A DNA stretch of 64,000 nt from Oikopleura dioica. Its lineage: Eukaryota > Animalia > Chordata. Of this stretch, positions 36,921 to 49,666 are shown one piece after another. How positions within the stretch are numbered: the stretch's first letter is position 1; the number at the start of each line of letters is the position of its first letter. The notes below the pieces were generated by a model. That model saw only the letters and a list, made by a program, of their open reading frames with translations, did no database searches and was not told the DNA's origin. The DNA is taken from the NCBI GenBank assembly GCA_907165135.1, contig OU015569.1:12338001-12402000 (forward strand), in the 5' to 3' direction. Position numbers and translations under genes: made by a program.

Positions 36921-39869
36921 TTAAATTAACCGATAAACATCAATCGAGAGAGCTGTCATCTACTTTCTATAGAATTCTAGAGAGGGAACGTCCGCTGACA
37001 GCAACGTGAAACTGCCCTAGAGTTTGGTGGGTCATTTGGCCTCCGAACTCTGCGGTTAGCCGTAATCACGATGCTTATTTGAGCGGCGCTGAGGGCGTAA
37101 TTGCAACTTCGCTTTTTTTTTCCTCGGCCATCGTGATTTTCTCTTTTTTTTTCAGCTCCAGCATTGTCTTATCGCTCGAAAGCTCGGCAGGTCATCATTA
37201 CTGCCGCTGCGGGGCATCATCATTAGCCCTGTTCAACTTACGGAAGCTGCTGCGTTTCTTATGCAACATCTCTTTTATGCAATTTTCAAAAGGCGCAGCA
37301 GCTTTTCATTCCCCTGACTCAGGTTTTCTGCGCAGGTTGCGGAGCCTAGAGATTAGATTCGACTTCTACAGTCTTAATTAAGCTGCTGTAAGAGTTGTTT
37401 TTACGAACAAAAAATTTCTAGAAATAAATTTTGAAGACCTTAATACCGGATCAAAGCAATCTATATTTATTTTTTTATAAAAGACTCGATTATCGATAAA
37501 GCTTACCTAGAATCAGGATATCGTTTACATTCGTAGCATCGACCATAACTACCAGTATCTCCCTGATAAATAAGATTTGAACTCAGCACGCCTACAAGTG
37601 TAGAAAACCTGACTCAGGTTCTGAAGACCTGAAATGGGAGACACTGACTCAGGCTATCTTGGCAACCTGTGTACAAAATCTGATTCAGAGTCTAAAAGAT
37701 CTCACTCGCAAACTTAAAATCTCTGATGGCTACTGTTTTCCATATTTATCTTAGAGGTAGATAGTTGACACGGTTAAAATCAAGATAAGCGTGGATCGAT
37801 CCTTACCATCTGTTTTTTGCTATATAATGTTCACTAGAACTCAAAAGATTCACACAAAAAAATTTTATTTCTTGCCTTTTGAAAATGATGCATTTGTTTC
37901 TGTGTTTTCATTAGCTAGTACAACTGCAGAATTTCTGAATATGTTTTTAAAATAAAATGTGATTCAAGCAATTTGGAGTACTGTTATTCGGTTAATAAGC
38001 TTTATATTTTCATAACGACCGTCTCTAGTATTTTGATTGCTGCACGCTGCGGCTCGTTTTTAAAAGTAGCTGCGCGGCTTTACAGTAGAAATTTTTCTGA
38101 CCCTGACTCAGGTTTTCCGCACAGTTTGCTAAGCCCAGGATTCGAATTCTAGAGTACGAATTCTGCTGCAACAATTATTTCTTGAGAAAAAGAACGGTTT
38201 TTCTTTATTTTCAGAGGTGAAAGTCGCGGTAGCCATTTCTAGTTTTGAGAGTTCTGCAAGCGGCAATTAAAAGACACAAAACACAAATTGAGTAATTCGC
38301 GAAAAACAGAAAAGGGAGAAGAAAAAAGGAGATAAGGAGTTTGCGACCGCGGAGTTTGTTTTCGGCTGCGCACCTTCCCCGCGATTATGCGGTCCAGGCC
38401 TCACTTTCGTCAAAGAAGCAGGTCTCGTGACCTCGAGGATCAACTCGACCAGCCGCCCCTTAAAAACACGACCGACTTGTATAAGAAGCCAGAAAGCTCC
38501 ACCTGCGCAAGCTCAATCAGCTCAAAGAAGCAAAGACTCTTGCAACTTGCAGGAGCATATCTGCTTTTTAGCTGCCTTTTTCAATACCTAATCGAGGGTT
38601 TTATTACGTAGCAACAAACTGGGCTCAGTAAGCTGTGGAGAAATCCTGAGTAAGGGTCTGACGGGTGCTTAAAGAAGTATTGAAAGGTAATTTTCGCTCA
38701 GGAACCTGTGTTGAAAACCTGAGTCAGGGTGTGAAAAGCTTAACTGAAAAGCCGCTGTGCTTTTTCGCACCCTGACTCAGGTTTTCAACACAGGTTCCTG
38801 AGCGAAATTTACCATTTCAATATATTTTTAAGTACTTTTCAGAACTTGACTCAGGATTTCTACACAGGTGGCCGAGCGAAAGATTTTGTATTAAGATCAA
38901 AAATATGTTACTTATGAAAAATATGTAGGTAACATGATATCCTTTGTATATGAGGTGTTATTACTAGAACAACTTCTGAGTAAACAGAAAAAATCTTATA
39001 AGAATTGAGTTTTCTGGTCTTATGGTCTTTGAAAATCATATCTAGAAATCCGTCAAGTTAATAGTTAGTCGATTTTAGAATAGATTCTGTAGAATTTTTA
39101 ATAGAAGTTTTCTCAAAGGTGATTGTTTCGATGTGAAAATTAACATTTGCGGCGAAGTAAGTCTGTGGTGATAGTTATAGTCGTTCCTTACACAAAAATC
39201 GAACAGTATCCAGCTGAGATGAATATCAAAAGACGAAAAACATTTGACTCTTTTTGCAGCTGATTTTTTATTTAAAAGTGGACCCTTAATTGAAATTTTA
39301 TCATTGAAAAAATGAAGCATAAACATTTTTACACATGTTGCTGAGTACCTTTGTAAATAAATAAATAATAAAATATCAAAATTTCTCCGCTGATTCTTTA
39401 TTTTATGACCGTAGCAATAGTCGATAAAATTAAATTGCGAAAATGGGTTTAAAAAAGTACGAATTTTTGGCAACGTGTTTTTCAGGATGGGTTTTTGTTT
39501 TTGGGCAACAATTCGGTTTGATTCTCGGCGGGAGGCAGGACAAACTGATAAGCGCTCGCCTGATGGTGATTAGACTCAACCAAACATCCTTTCTTTTGCC
39601 AGCAATCGTTGTCGCGCTTTTATCATTCCAGAAGCCAGAATCCAGATACAAGAGTATTCATAATTTTAAACGATACAAATCTACACTGCTAGAATCGGGG
39701 CTGAACGAAAACTTGTTAAAAATATTTTATGAATCACAGCTTTTACAAGCTTGATTACTTCAGTCTTCGGTCTAGCCTCTTTCGTAAGAAAAATATTGCA
39801 AAAGAAAAATCGTAAAAATACTTGTCTTTCTTTTCGAAAATCGTCATTTTGACGAGAGGGGCTCAAACT

Positions 39870-40363
39870 TCCCGAGCTGAGCTGGCTGAGCGAACGGAGC
39901 TGAGCTATCAGCTCAGGAGCTCTGAGCTGGGCTGAGCAATTTCGAGGAGAGATTCAGCTCAGCTCGGCTCAGCTTAATGATTTTTGGAAAGAAGCCAGCT
40001 CAGCTCAATTTTGACCAAAGCTTGGCTCAAATATTTCGTAGAAAATCAGCTCAGCTCATTTCATCGAGCTAGAGCCTCGATGTAGTAAATATTAGCTCAG
40101 CCCGCTTAGCTCCAAAGGACGTCAGCTCAGCTCCGATTTTAAGGAAATTTCCAGCTAAGCTCAGCTCAGCCAGCTCAGCTCAGTAATTTTCATGACGAAA
40201 TTAGCTGAGCTGAGCTGAGCACACACTAATTAGAGCTGAGCTGGTCGACCTGAGCTGAGCTGATTTTTACTGTATTTTAATAGTAAAATAAGCTTAAAAT
40301 AATTGAGCTGAGCTGCTCACTCAGCTAGCTCAGCTCACTCAGCTCAGCAAATTTGCAACTCTG
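39870..40363. mobile_element. Second copy of the GCTCA-rich MITE family (left end degenerate)
   Basis: Right end AAATTTGCAACTCTG at 40349-40363. GCTCA/TGAGC runs occur in both orientations. Confidence 0.7.
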
Positions 40364-41182
40364 CTTAAAATTATCTCGTGACCCGTAAAACTCTGAAATT
40401 CTAGCTATTTATGATCTCAAAACTCGCCAGATGCAAGGGCTCAAAATGCAGAGCACAAGAAAATATTGCCATTGCATTATTCGTTCGTTGAATTGTGTAT
40501 TACATAAGCCCGCGTCTTTGCGGAATACTTGGGCTGGGAAAAATGAAAAATGGAAAGTTGAAAATTTTCGCAGCTGTCGTGGCCAGCATTCCAGAAGGGG
40601 AGATGATCTCGAGCGAGTTTATCGATGGAACGCGGCGCATTTTTGTGGCTCAACGTCAGAACTCAGCAGTTGAGCTCCGACCGCCGCCAGAGCACTAGAA
40701 TTCGCTCCAAAATGCTCCAAATGTTCATTCAGCAGCAATTCTTTAATTCCCGATCCCGAGTAAATAAAATCCACAAATTGTTTTTCGCATTCTTTCCAAA
40801 ACTGAAGCCAAAGGTTAAAAACTCACCCTCAGTCTTTCAATACAACTGATCCCCTTTGAAAATTTCAACCGAAGCTAACATAGTGACACCCTTATTAATT
40901 TTGCCATAAGAAAGCCAAAGCCAAAGCCCTAGTCTACTAGAAGTTTCCTACTCTGCTCAGTACCCTGAGTAGAAGGCCTGAGTCAGGTTCTCAAGAGCTA
41001 AAATTTTCAGAACCTGACTCAGACTTTCCACTCAGGTTGTCGAGCCCAGCAAATGAGGCCCATTTCAAAAGGAATTTCACCAAAAATATTGATAAATTAA
41101 ATTTTTTAGCCGAAAATAATTTTTCAAATTTCGAGAATAAATTTCTGAGAATCCGATTCTCTGAAATGTTATAACTTATAAG

Positions 41183-42127
41183 TAGGGTAAATCACTAATA
41201 ATTGAGCTTTTTTGGGCTTAGAAGGGTATGCATATAATACAGTTTTAGAAAGCCCAGAAGCTGAGTATCATTTTGACTATTGATACCGGGGTTGATCTTG
41301 TACCCTGAGGGCATTTAGGGACCTCCAAAGTCCCAAAATCTGGCCAACTTCGGAAATTCGAATTTTTGAACGCCTAGACCGCCCTTTTAGAGCCAGCGGC
41401 TGTGCTAGAATTGTAGCCCAGGCTCTGACGGTCATTTTGAGATATAGAAAAGTACTGAGGCCCGGAGGTTCCTGAGGAGCTAGCGGCTCTTGAAGTTGGG
41501 AACTCGACAAAAATTGAGTACTTTTTCACAAAAGTACACCATTTGTGTCACAAATGCCTCCAAAGACTTTTTATCTGTGTTTCTTCATGAAAAACGTTCA
41601 AGAAATAATTTGGGGTCACCTGAGGTCAAATCGGGTCACTCATGACAGTTTTCTTAATTTTTCAGAATTCCTGACCTACAGTGACCTCAGATGACCCCAA
41701 ATGATTTCTTGAACGTTTTTTCATGGAGAAACACAGATAAAAAGTCTTTTGAGGCATTTGTGACACAAATGGTGTACTTTTGTAAAAGTACTCAATTTTT
41801 GTCGAGTTCCCCAACTTCAAGAGCCGCTATCTCCTCAGGAACCCCGGGCCTCAGTACTTTTCTATATCTCAAAATGATCGTCAGAGCCTGGGCTTCAATT
41901 CTAGTACAGCCGCTGGCTCTAAAAGGGCGGTCTAGGCGTTCAAAAATTCGAATTTCCGAAGTTGGCCAGATTTTGGGACTTCTGTTGTGCCTAAATGCCC
42001 TCAGGGTAGGAGCTGACCCCCACTATCAATAGTCAAAATGATCCCCAGCTTCTGGGGATTCTAAATCTGTATTATAGCCTCACCCTTCTAAGCTAGAAAA
42101 AAGTTAAATTATTAGTGATTTCCCCTA
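41183..42127. mobile_element. 945-bp foldback hAT-type MITE with ~430-bp arms
   Basis: Ends TAGGGTAAATCACTAAT...ATTAGTGATTTCCCCTA. Perfect 8-bp TSD CTTATAAG at 41175-41182 and 42128-42135. The arms mirror each other, producing the twin ORFs at 41277 (-) and 41691 (+). Confidence 0.9.
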
Positions 42128-42642
42128 CTTATAAGTAACAAAAAATCAAGAAATGTTCCTTGCTAAAATATTATCGCGTGACGGAACCAGCGCAGTTCAA
42201 TATTTATCTTTCTGAAAAACATCTCATCCTTGCCAATTATTGCTTTAATTGGAAGCAACGTCAATGCCGACTGAAAATATACTAACATCCAAATTTTTGC
42301 TAAAACGAAGCGCTACGGCTCTAGAATTCTTTATTCTGCCTCGTCGATTTTGGATGAACGCACTTATTGGCCCAAGAAAGAAGAGAGTCCACTTTGCTTT
42401 TCGGTGAGCGTGTTCCAGAGTTGCAGAAGTCGCTAATGCGAGTCACAAAGAGCCTCTTCGCGGCATTCTCCATGTGCATACATTTCTCTCTGAGTGCTAC
42501 CTCTCCACAAATGAAGCCAAACAACTCGTTTTCTAATTCCAGTTCACTCTTTTTCGGCCACATCTTTTATTCTACTAGTTACTGTTTTTTTTCCTTACTA
42601 AATATTTCTTATGAAGAAATTCCGCTCCTATAAGTTATAAGC

Positions 42643-42882
42643 TGGGTTCGGCAACCTTCGTACAAAACCTGAGTCAGGGGCTGAGAGAACTAAAATGAAA
42701 AGCCGCGCAGCGGCTTTTTCAAAACGAAGCCGCAAAGCTGCTTCGCTAATATTACTATTACAATCTATTGAAAATTCTGGCGAAGCCGCTTTGCGGCTTG
42801 AGTTTTAAAAGTAGCTGCGCGGCTTTTCATTTTAGTTTTTTCAAACCCTGACTCAGGCTTTCTACAAAGGTTGCCGAGCCCA
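42643..42882. mobile_element. Family-A MITE (full-length example)
   Basis: TGGGTTCGGCAACC...GGTTGCCGAGCCCA. A copy of its right half recurs at about 43120-43215. Confidence 0.78.
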
Positions 42883-44021
42883 GGTTATAGCCTATATTGT
42901 CAATTCGAGTTTAGTACGAAGGGAGATAATTTTGAGTTTTTCAAGTAAAAACCATAAGTAAAACATCAAATTATGCACAAGAAATTTTGAATCACCAAAT
43001 TCTCTGAATATATAAAAATATCTTGTTCAATAAGTACCCCCTATGGACACACAGGCTGATAACATGAAAGTTACTCGCTCACGTGATTATTATTACAAGT
43101 TTTGAAATCCGCTCAAAGAGTGGCTTGAGTTTTTAAAAAGCCGCTGCGCGGCTTTTCATTTCAGTTCTTTTAGACCCTGACTCAGGCTTTCTACACAGGT
43201 TGCCGAGCCCAGGTTAAAGGCTATAGTTCAGAAGTCTAAAACTTAGATTCGGGAGGCATAAAAAGAAAAAAGTGTGACAGTTTTGCCCAAAATTCTGGTC
43301 AAATTTTATTGACCACTCAGATTTCCGTTTTCCAGCGATAGGCCAATCAGATTTTTGAAAAAATTGACTCTAAAATTTGAGTTTTTTTGTCGCCTTTTTG
43401 TCAATTCGAGTCACTAACCCTAACCATTAGCCTTTTGGGTAAAAAATTAAGGATGTCACAATGTTAATTTTTTTCTAGGTTTTTTAAAATCATCTATATT
43501 TTCGTAAGCTAAGCTTATCTCTTGGTTTCTAAAGCTCTTGATTTGCAAGTTTTTCAGTTCCATAAGTTTCATTTTATCTTCGGCCACGTGATCGGGCGCT
43601 AGATTTCATCGCACTCTGATGTTTTCGTTTTTGTGGCGATAAGGGACTCTGGCGCGTTTAGATTCAAAAAGTACTCGAGTCTTCCAAGAGAAACAAAAGC
43701 GAAATCGCCAAGGCGCAATCGCTCGAGATAAAAAGCCAACCTAAACAAGATTATTTTGCCATTGCTTGAAGCTTCTGATAACTGCAACTAGACCCGACGC
43801 CCTTAAGCAAACCGCCAAACTGTTTTCCTTCACCTTTTACATCACTACTGCTGTGGCTGCTTTTTCGTGAACTGGGAGTCACTTCTTTTTATTATCTAGC
43901 CTATTCGAAGGTGATTTTCCTGAAATCTTCTGAAAAATTAGCCCTCTCACCGACAGATCAATGATGAGCGATAGAGTGGCTGCTAAAAATAACAAATGAA
44001 AAATATTAAAACCAATCATTG

Positions 44022-46966
44022 TTACTCGGAACTTTCACTTTCAGTTTCAAGTGAAATAAAAGGGTATACAACAGGAGGTGGTGAAGTTAGAGTGATTGAA
44101 TAAGCTTGCGATAGAAGATACCACTTTTCCGTGTCCATGTTGAAATGTTCGTTGACTAAAGCTAAAGAAGTTTTGTTGGGTCCAAAATAAACAAAATCGC
44201 TGAAAGTGTTGTAGCAATCTTGCATCATTTCTTTTGAAGCGTAAAATGGTCGACCAAGAGGAATTCTGATTTGAGGGCCAGAATGGTCGATCAGAGTGTT
44301 TTGGAGAATGAACTCAGAGTATTCGATTCGGTCCAGCACCATTTGGTGAAAAATTATTGAACGATCGGGATTCATATACGCACCCGTGACGGTTAGAGGG
44401 CGCGAGAAAGTGAAATTGTGGTGCAGGAGGACTGGAAATTTATTAATTTTTCGATATTTTAATATTTTTAACCTTTTTCAAAATCAAAATTGCTGCCTAC
44501 TCGATAGCCAGTTTCTGTGATAATGTGCCATCCCTTGCAGCGAAGATAAGTTTCGAATTTCAATCTTTTTAGAAGAATTTCAATTTCGTTATTTTGAAAT
44601 TTTTGTTCTTCTTTTTCGGGTTGAGATTGAAGCCAGCCAAACTCCGCGGATAAACAACCATTGTCAGAAGTGTGAAGATGTTTTCAAGAGTAAAGACACT
44701 TTCCATTATTGAATTATCATAGCTTACTTTTAAAAATTTTTGATGGCCCATCTTAAAAGAACCGAAACTGAAATGGGCACACAGAGATCGCTTTCTTTTG
44801 GTTTAAAATAGGGTCAGGCATTATCACGTGATGACCGCTGGACACGCTCAAATTTTTTTGGGTGATAGCCTTGGGGGAACTGATCATAAAAATCATAGCG
44901 GCCCTTGCTTAACCCATCAACACCTTAACCATTTTAACCTGTTTTCGAATTAACCCGTTTTTGGCTATTTTTCACGAGAAAACGTATTTTTACTCGATCT
45001 TATACGTATCGAAACAAATAATTATTATTAATATAAGTTTAAATTATTCTTAAAATGCAGACTTAAGAATTTTACTTCGGGCCGTCTCAGCCCCGTTCCT
45101 TGACTTTTAAATTTAAGGGGCTTGACAAAGGCTTGGAACACTGAGTTGATCAATCTCAGTTATGTCCCCAACCCCACCCGCACCCATCGTTATAAAAATT
45201 CAAATTATTCTTGTTTTTTACCTTATTATGGTCTTCATAATGGAAAAAGTCGATTCTTTTCCTTGGGAACCCACATTTAATTATTAAGTTTGGATTTAAA
45301 GATTAATTAAAAGTTTTAAAAACTTATTTATTTATTTTGTATGCATTAAATCGAGCAAAAATAGCTTTTTTCAATTTAAATAGCCAAAAACGAGTTAAAC
45401 AGAAAACGGGTTAAAATGGTAAAGGTGTTGATGGGTTAAGCAAGGGCCGCTATGTTTTTGTGATCAGTATCCCCCAGGGCATCCCCAAAAAATTTGAGCG
45501 TGTCCAGCGGTCATCACGTGATAATGCCTGACCCTACTTTAAAACATTCTTCGTCACGTTTTTGAAGTCGAAATTGATCTGTCTCGTCAGTTTCTGCTTT
45601 AGACTGGCCATTGCGGTTGATTTCGTCAAATTCGGATCGTCCAAGCAAAAATCAGAAGACGCGTTTTTTAGAGAAATGATTTTTGACAAGTTTTGGATTT
45701 CTTCGGTTGATGGAGTGCATTTTTCTGAGAGCCAATCGGCATTGCAGGCCTAAAAGTGTTTTTTTAACAAAAATTGAGACTGACCTTAAGTTCTTCTTCG
45801 ATTTCTTCTTTTATTCTTTCCTCTTCAATCGGATAGAAAGAAAGAGTCCAGGCTGTTTTCCAGTCACAAAGAATCATTATTTGAATTGGAAATTCAGCCC
45901 CTCCCCATTTCCCAATTATCTGCCAGCCATTCGAAAACGCAGCAGACCCAGCATCTACGAGACAAGAGATACATCACTAGTATATTTAAATAATACCAAC
46001 TAAAACATACGTAAATAGTTCATATCCCTATGTCTGCTTCCTCTTCTCGCATAGCCCATTTCGCGATAGCTCCTTCGTTCAGTAGTTTCTTGAAGGACTC
46101 CGAAATCGATCCATTTCGCATCTCCATTTTTTAGAAGAATATTTTCCGGCTTCTTATCCAGATGCCGAATTCCAATTTTCTCCAAGTATTCGAGTCCCTC
46201 TTTAATCAAAATCGCGATGTTCTTCCTTTCTTGCAAATTTAAATCGTCGTTCTTGAGTCTGGTACGCAGGTTGCAGTCGCACTTTTCCATAATCGTTATC
46301 CACCCAAGACAGTCTTCATTTCTCAAGTCATATTTCGAAAAGACTTCGATGTTGCAATAATTTTTGATCACGTTTTTGTGAAAAGGAATCACTCGAGCGT
46401 TGTCTTTATCGTCATTTATAGCGATTTCGTAATCTTGGATTTGTAAATCGAAATAAGAAAAATAATAAAGTTACCTTTTGAAAGATGAATTTCAAACTCA
46501 AACTGGTCATGCGACTCCACAAAGAGCGCCGAGTCAAAAGCCTGCACCCTAACAGCAACTTGCAATTCTCCGAACTTTTCTTCCAAAACAATTGATTCTC
46601 CTCCAGCTGAAAGTATTTTTGCTGGAGAGATTGATCGAGAATCCATTCGCCAGCTTCTTCTTTTAATTCTGACCGGTGAATTTTTCGTCCTTCAAGACCT
46701 TGATTTTGATCGAGGATCAATTGTTGGAATAAAGTCATAGTCCATTGTCCTGAGGACCATTCAGAAACTTTTCCTTTACCATTCTCAAAAATAACCTCAT
46801 CCCAGCCAGCACAAAGAACATCGTCAAACTCTATTCTCTCTACGGACAGAATTAATCTGTCCAAACCATCTCTGGTCGTTTGTCTCTTCAATTTCTTTTT
46901 AAAATCCTTAAGCCATTTTTCGACAGCTTCTCTTGACAATTCGATTGGATGCGTCGAAACCAGCAT
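44022..46966 (-). pseudogene. Paralog (copy 2) of the kinase-papain-like protease fusion gene; interrupted in this assembly
   Basis: Starts MLVSTHPIELSREAVEKWL (copy 1: MQVSTHPEELTREVVEKWL). Same four intron positions: 46474-46434, 46010-45955, 45784-45750, 44472-44432. Retains HLDKKPEN, WIDFG, DLCVPIS and HQMVLDRIEYSEFILQNT. Exon 4 contains a 728-bp MITE (44809-45536). 1-bp deletions occur at about 46618, 44797, 44734 and 44614. Confidence 0.82.
44809..45536. mobile_element. hAT-type MITE inserted in exon 4 of kinase-protease copy 2
   Basis: Long TIRs beginning TAGGGTCAGGCATTATCACGTGATGACCGCTGGACACGCTCAAATT. 8-bp TSD GTTTAAAA / CTTTAAAA (1 mismatch). Removing it restores collinearity with copy 1 (KNVLNQKESDLC). 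Confidence 0.9.
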
Positions 46967-47499
46967 CTCTCGTAATACGGTTATGAAAGACGATCTGAGC
47001 AAAGGCAGACGTTTACTATCATATGTTTGCTCAGTTCGTCGATGGCAAGTGCTGAACTTATTAAAAATTCAATTTTTCCTATGCTTTTTCCAGAATAAAA
47101 TATTGACATCGGCGTAACTCACTCACGTGATTATTACTACTAGTTTTGAAATCCGCCAAAAGCGCCCTAGAAAGAGGAAATCGTTTCGAAACTCCAACTT
47201 CGAAATCGAATTCGAATGCGCCGTTTTGTTTCGCCCATTTCAACTTTTCGGCGTGGCTGTTTTCCAAATCCTTTCGCCGAAACAAAGAAGCCGCCCGTTC
47301 CATTTCAAAATCTGCTGCGTTCTTTAAAAACCGAAAAAGTGGTAGAAAGGAGTAGCCAGATGATCCGCAACACCTTCTCGCTCCCAGTTCGAGTAACACT
47401 TAGCTCCCTTATCGCTCCCTGTTTTCCGATAAGCGGCAAATCTCCAATTCTTCCGGCACTTGTGTATTCAAATAATTCCAACAGATCAAACCCCTCCGA

Positions 47500-48045
47500 A
47501 TGCGACAAAACAAAGCTCTCACTTTTGAGAAAACGACAATTGTATTACTTACTCTTGAAAAAACGACAGAAAGCGACAAAACTTCCAACTGAAAATTTTG
47601 TCGGAATTTCGAATTGAGCTTTTCTGTCGCTATTTTAGAGACAATGATTTCAAATCTGCCATCTTATTGGGGAGCTGTTCCGAAGCGACAAAAATCTCGA
47701 CAAATTTTGCGTGGGCGACTACTCAGCTGCTGATTGGCCGGTTTGCCTAATTCAGGCTTCTGATTTGTCGAAAATTTCCACGCAAAATTTGTCGGGATTT
47801 TTGTCGGTTCCTGACACCTACCCGTCTCGAAGCGACAATTTTGGAGCGACAATAAAAATCTTCAAAAATCTCGATTATTTTGTCGCTTAAAAATTGTCGC
47901 TTCTTTAAACTTGCCCATCTTATTGGCTTGAAGGGATAATACAACCTTTTGATTGGTTTAAAATTATTGCAAAGCGATTGTCGCGATATATAGCGACATT
48001 TTTCTTTGTCGCGAAATCACATTGTCGCTCAAATTTGTCGGCAAC
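47500..48045. mobile_element. CGACAA-family element
   Basis: Multiple GCGACAA/TTGTCGC motifs; the core CTGATTGGCCGG...TTCTGATTTG matches the 15355 copy. Confidence 0.68.
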
Positions 48046-48819
48046 GTTTTTCAATATTTATTTTTCATTGTTGCATTGAAAAACAATGAATTATTATTGT
48101 TGTTGCGAGAAAACGAGTAATTTCGAAGTGAAGCAATTGTGTATTTACGCTTTACTCGATTCTGAAAAAGCGATGGCCGTTCTTCAAATTTAACGCCAAA
48201 TAAAGATAATGGAATAAACTCGTTGAGCGAAAAACTCGGAGCTCAACGTTTGTTGAAAAACACGAGACGAGATTTGACTCCTTTTTTCAGCTCTAAAATG
48301 ATACTGATTCAGTTTTTTTTTAAAGGACTGGAGAAGGAAGAAGAATGTAATTTTCTTGGAAGATTCTTTGGGAAAAAGCGGACCGAATTCGTGTAGAATG
48401 ATTCTAAAGGAAATTCGATTGCAACTGTGATGTGATTGCGTTTTGGCGATATTTTGGCCTCGGCGGGGCAAAGGGCACCGACGACTCACAGATTTGAGCA
48501 ATGTTCTTAACCTTTCTCTGCGGCGCGGGCGACCATTCACTAAAACTTTTTCTTGCGTCAGAAACAACCTTTTCTAGCTCAACAGTACTCTTCTAGGGCC
48601 AAAAATAACGTCAACCTAGGCACATTGACAAGCTACTTGCGGCTTTCGAATGAAAAAGCCGCGCTCGAAGCTGGGCAACCTCAGCAGCAATTATCATTAC
48701 AGCAACTTTGACCATGAAATGATTCGACATTAATTGATCTTCACTGTTGGCCTTGGAACATGAACAAATTTGACCGGAAATCGTGAAAGTGCAAGAATGC
48801 AATTAGAATTTTTCTTAAG

Positions 48820-49666
48820 AAAAGCCAAGTCGACTTGCTAAATAATCATTCTCTTATTTTACGGATTCCCCTTGCTTTGGCTTATCAAGATTGAGTAAAA
48901 AAATTGAGGAATTTTTCGGAAAAACCATAACTGTTTTTGAATTTTAAAAATCGGTGTTTCTGAAGTCTGATAATTAGCGAACGGAACATAAAAATTCTTT
49001 TTATTTGATCTAGAGTATCGGTATAAATTCATCTATCTGATCATTCAATAAGCATATTCATCAAAATAATCGTGTTGCAGAGGTCTGGCCTTGGTAAAAG
49101 CAGCTCGTCTTCGATTTCGTTTTTGGAGCAAAGATTGTATTTCGCCGGAGCGCGTTCGAGAAAAGCCGAAAAGATGTAGAATGAAAAGCCGCAACGCGGC
49201 TTTTTAAAACGAAGCCGCCTAGCGGCTTCGCCATAATTTAAACCTGATTTGTAGGGTAATTTTGCGAAGCCGCTCCGTGGCTTCGATTTTAAAAAGCCGC
49301 GTTGCGGCTTTTCATTCTACATCTTTTCGGCTTTTCTCGAACGCGCCCCGGCGAAATACAATCTTCGCTCCAAAAACGAAATCGAAGACGAACTGCTTTT
49401 ACCAAGGCCAGACCTCTGCAACACGATTATTTTGATGAATATGCTTATTGAATGATCAGATAAATGAATTTATACCGTTACTTTGGAAATTTTTATGCTC
49501 CGTTCGCTAATTATCAAACTTCAAAAACACCGATTTTTAAAATTCAAAAACAGTTATGGTTTTTCCGAAAAATTTTCCTCAATTTTTTTACTCAATCTTG
49601 ATAAGCGAAAGCAAGGGGAATCCGTAAAATAAGAGAATGATTATTTAGCAAGTCGATTTGGCTTTT
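48820..49666. repeat. ~850-bp near-perfect palindrome (foldback)
   Basis: AGCCAAGTCGACTTGCTAAATAATCATTCTC... mirrors ...GAGAATGATTATTTAGCAAGTCGATTTGGCT over about 400 bp. The centre is an AAGCCGC/GCGGCTT module. Confidence 0.88.

Noticed and set aside
41277-42032. Two similar ORFs on opposite strands (PGLSTFLYLKM...)
   Set aside because: They are mirror arms of one foldback element and contain no transposase motifs.
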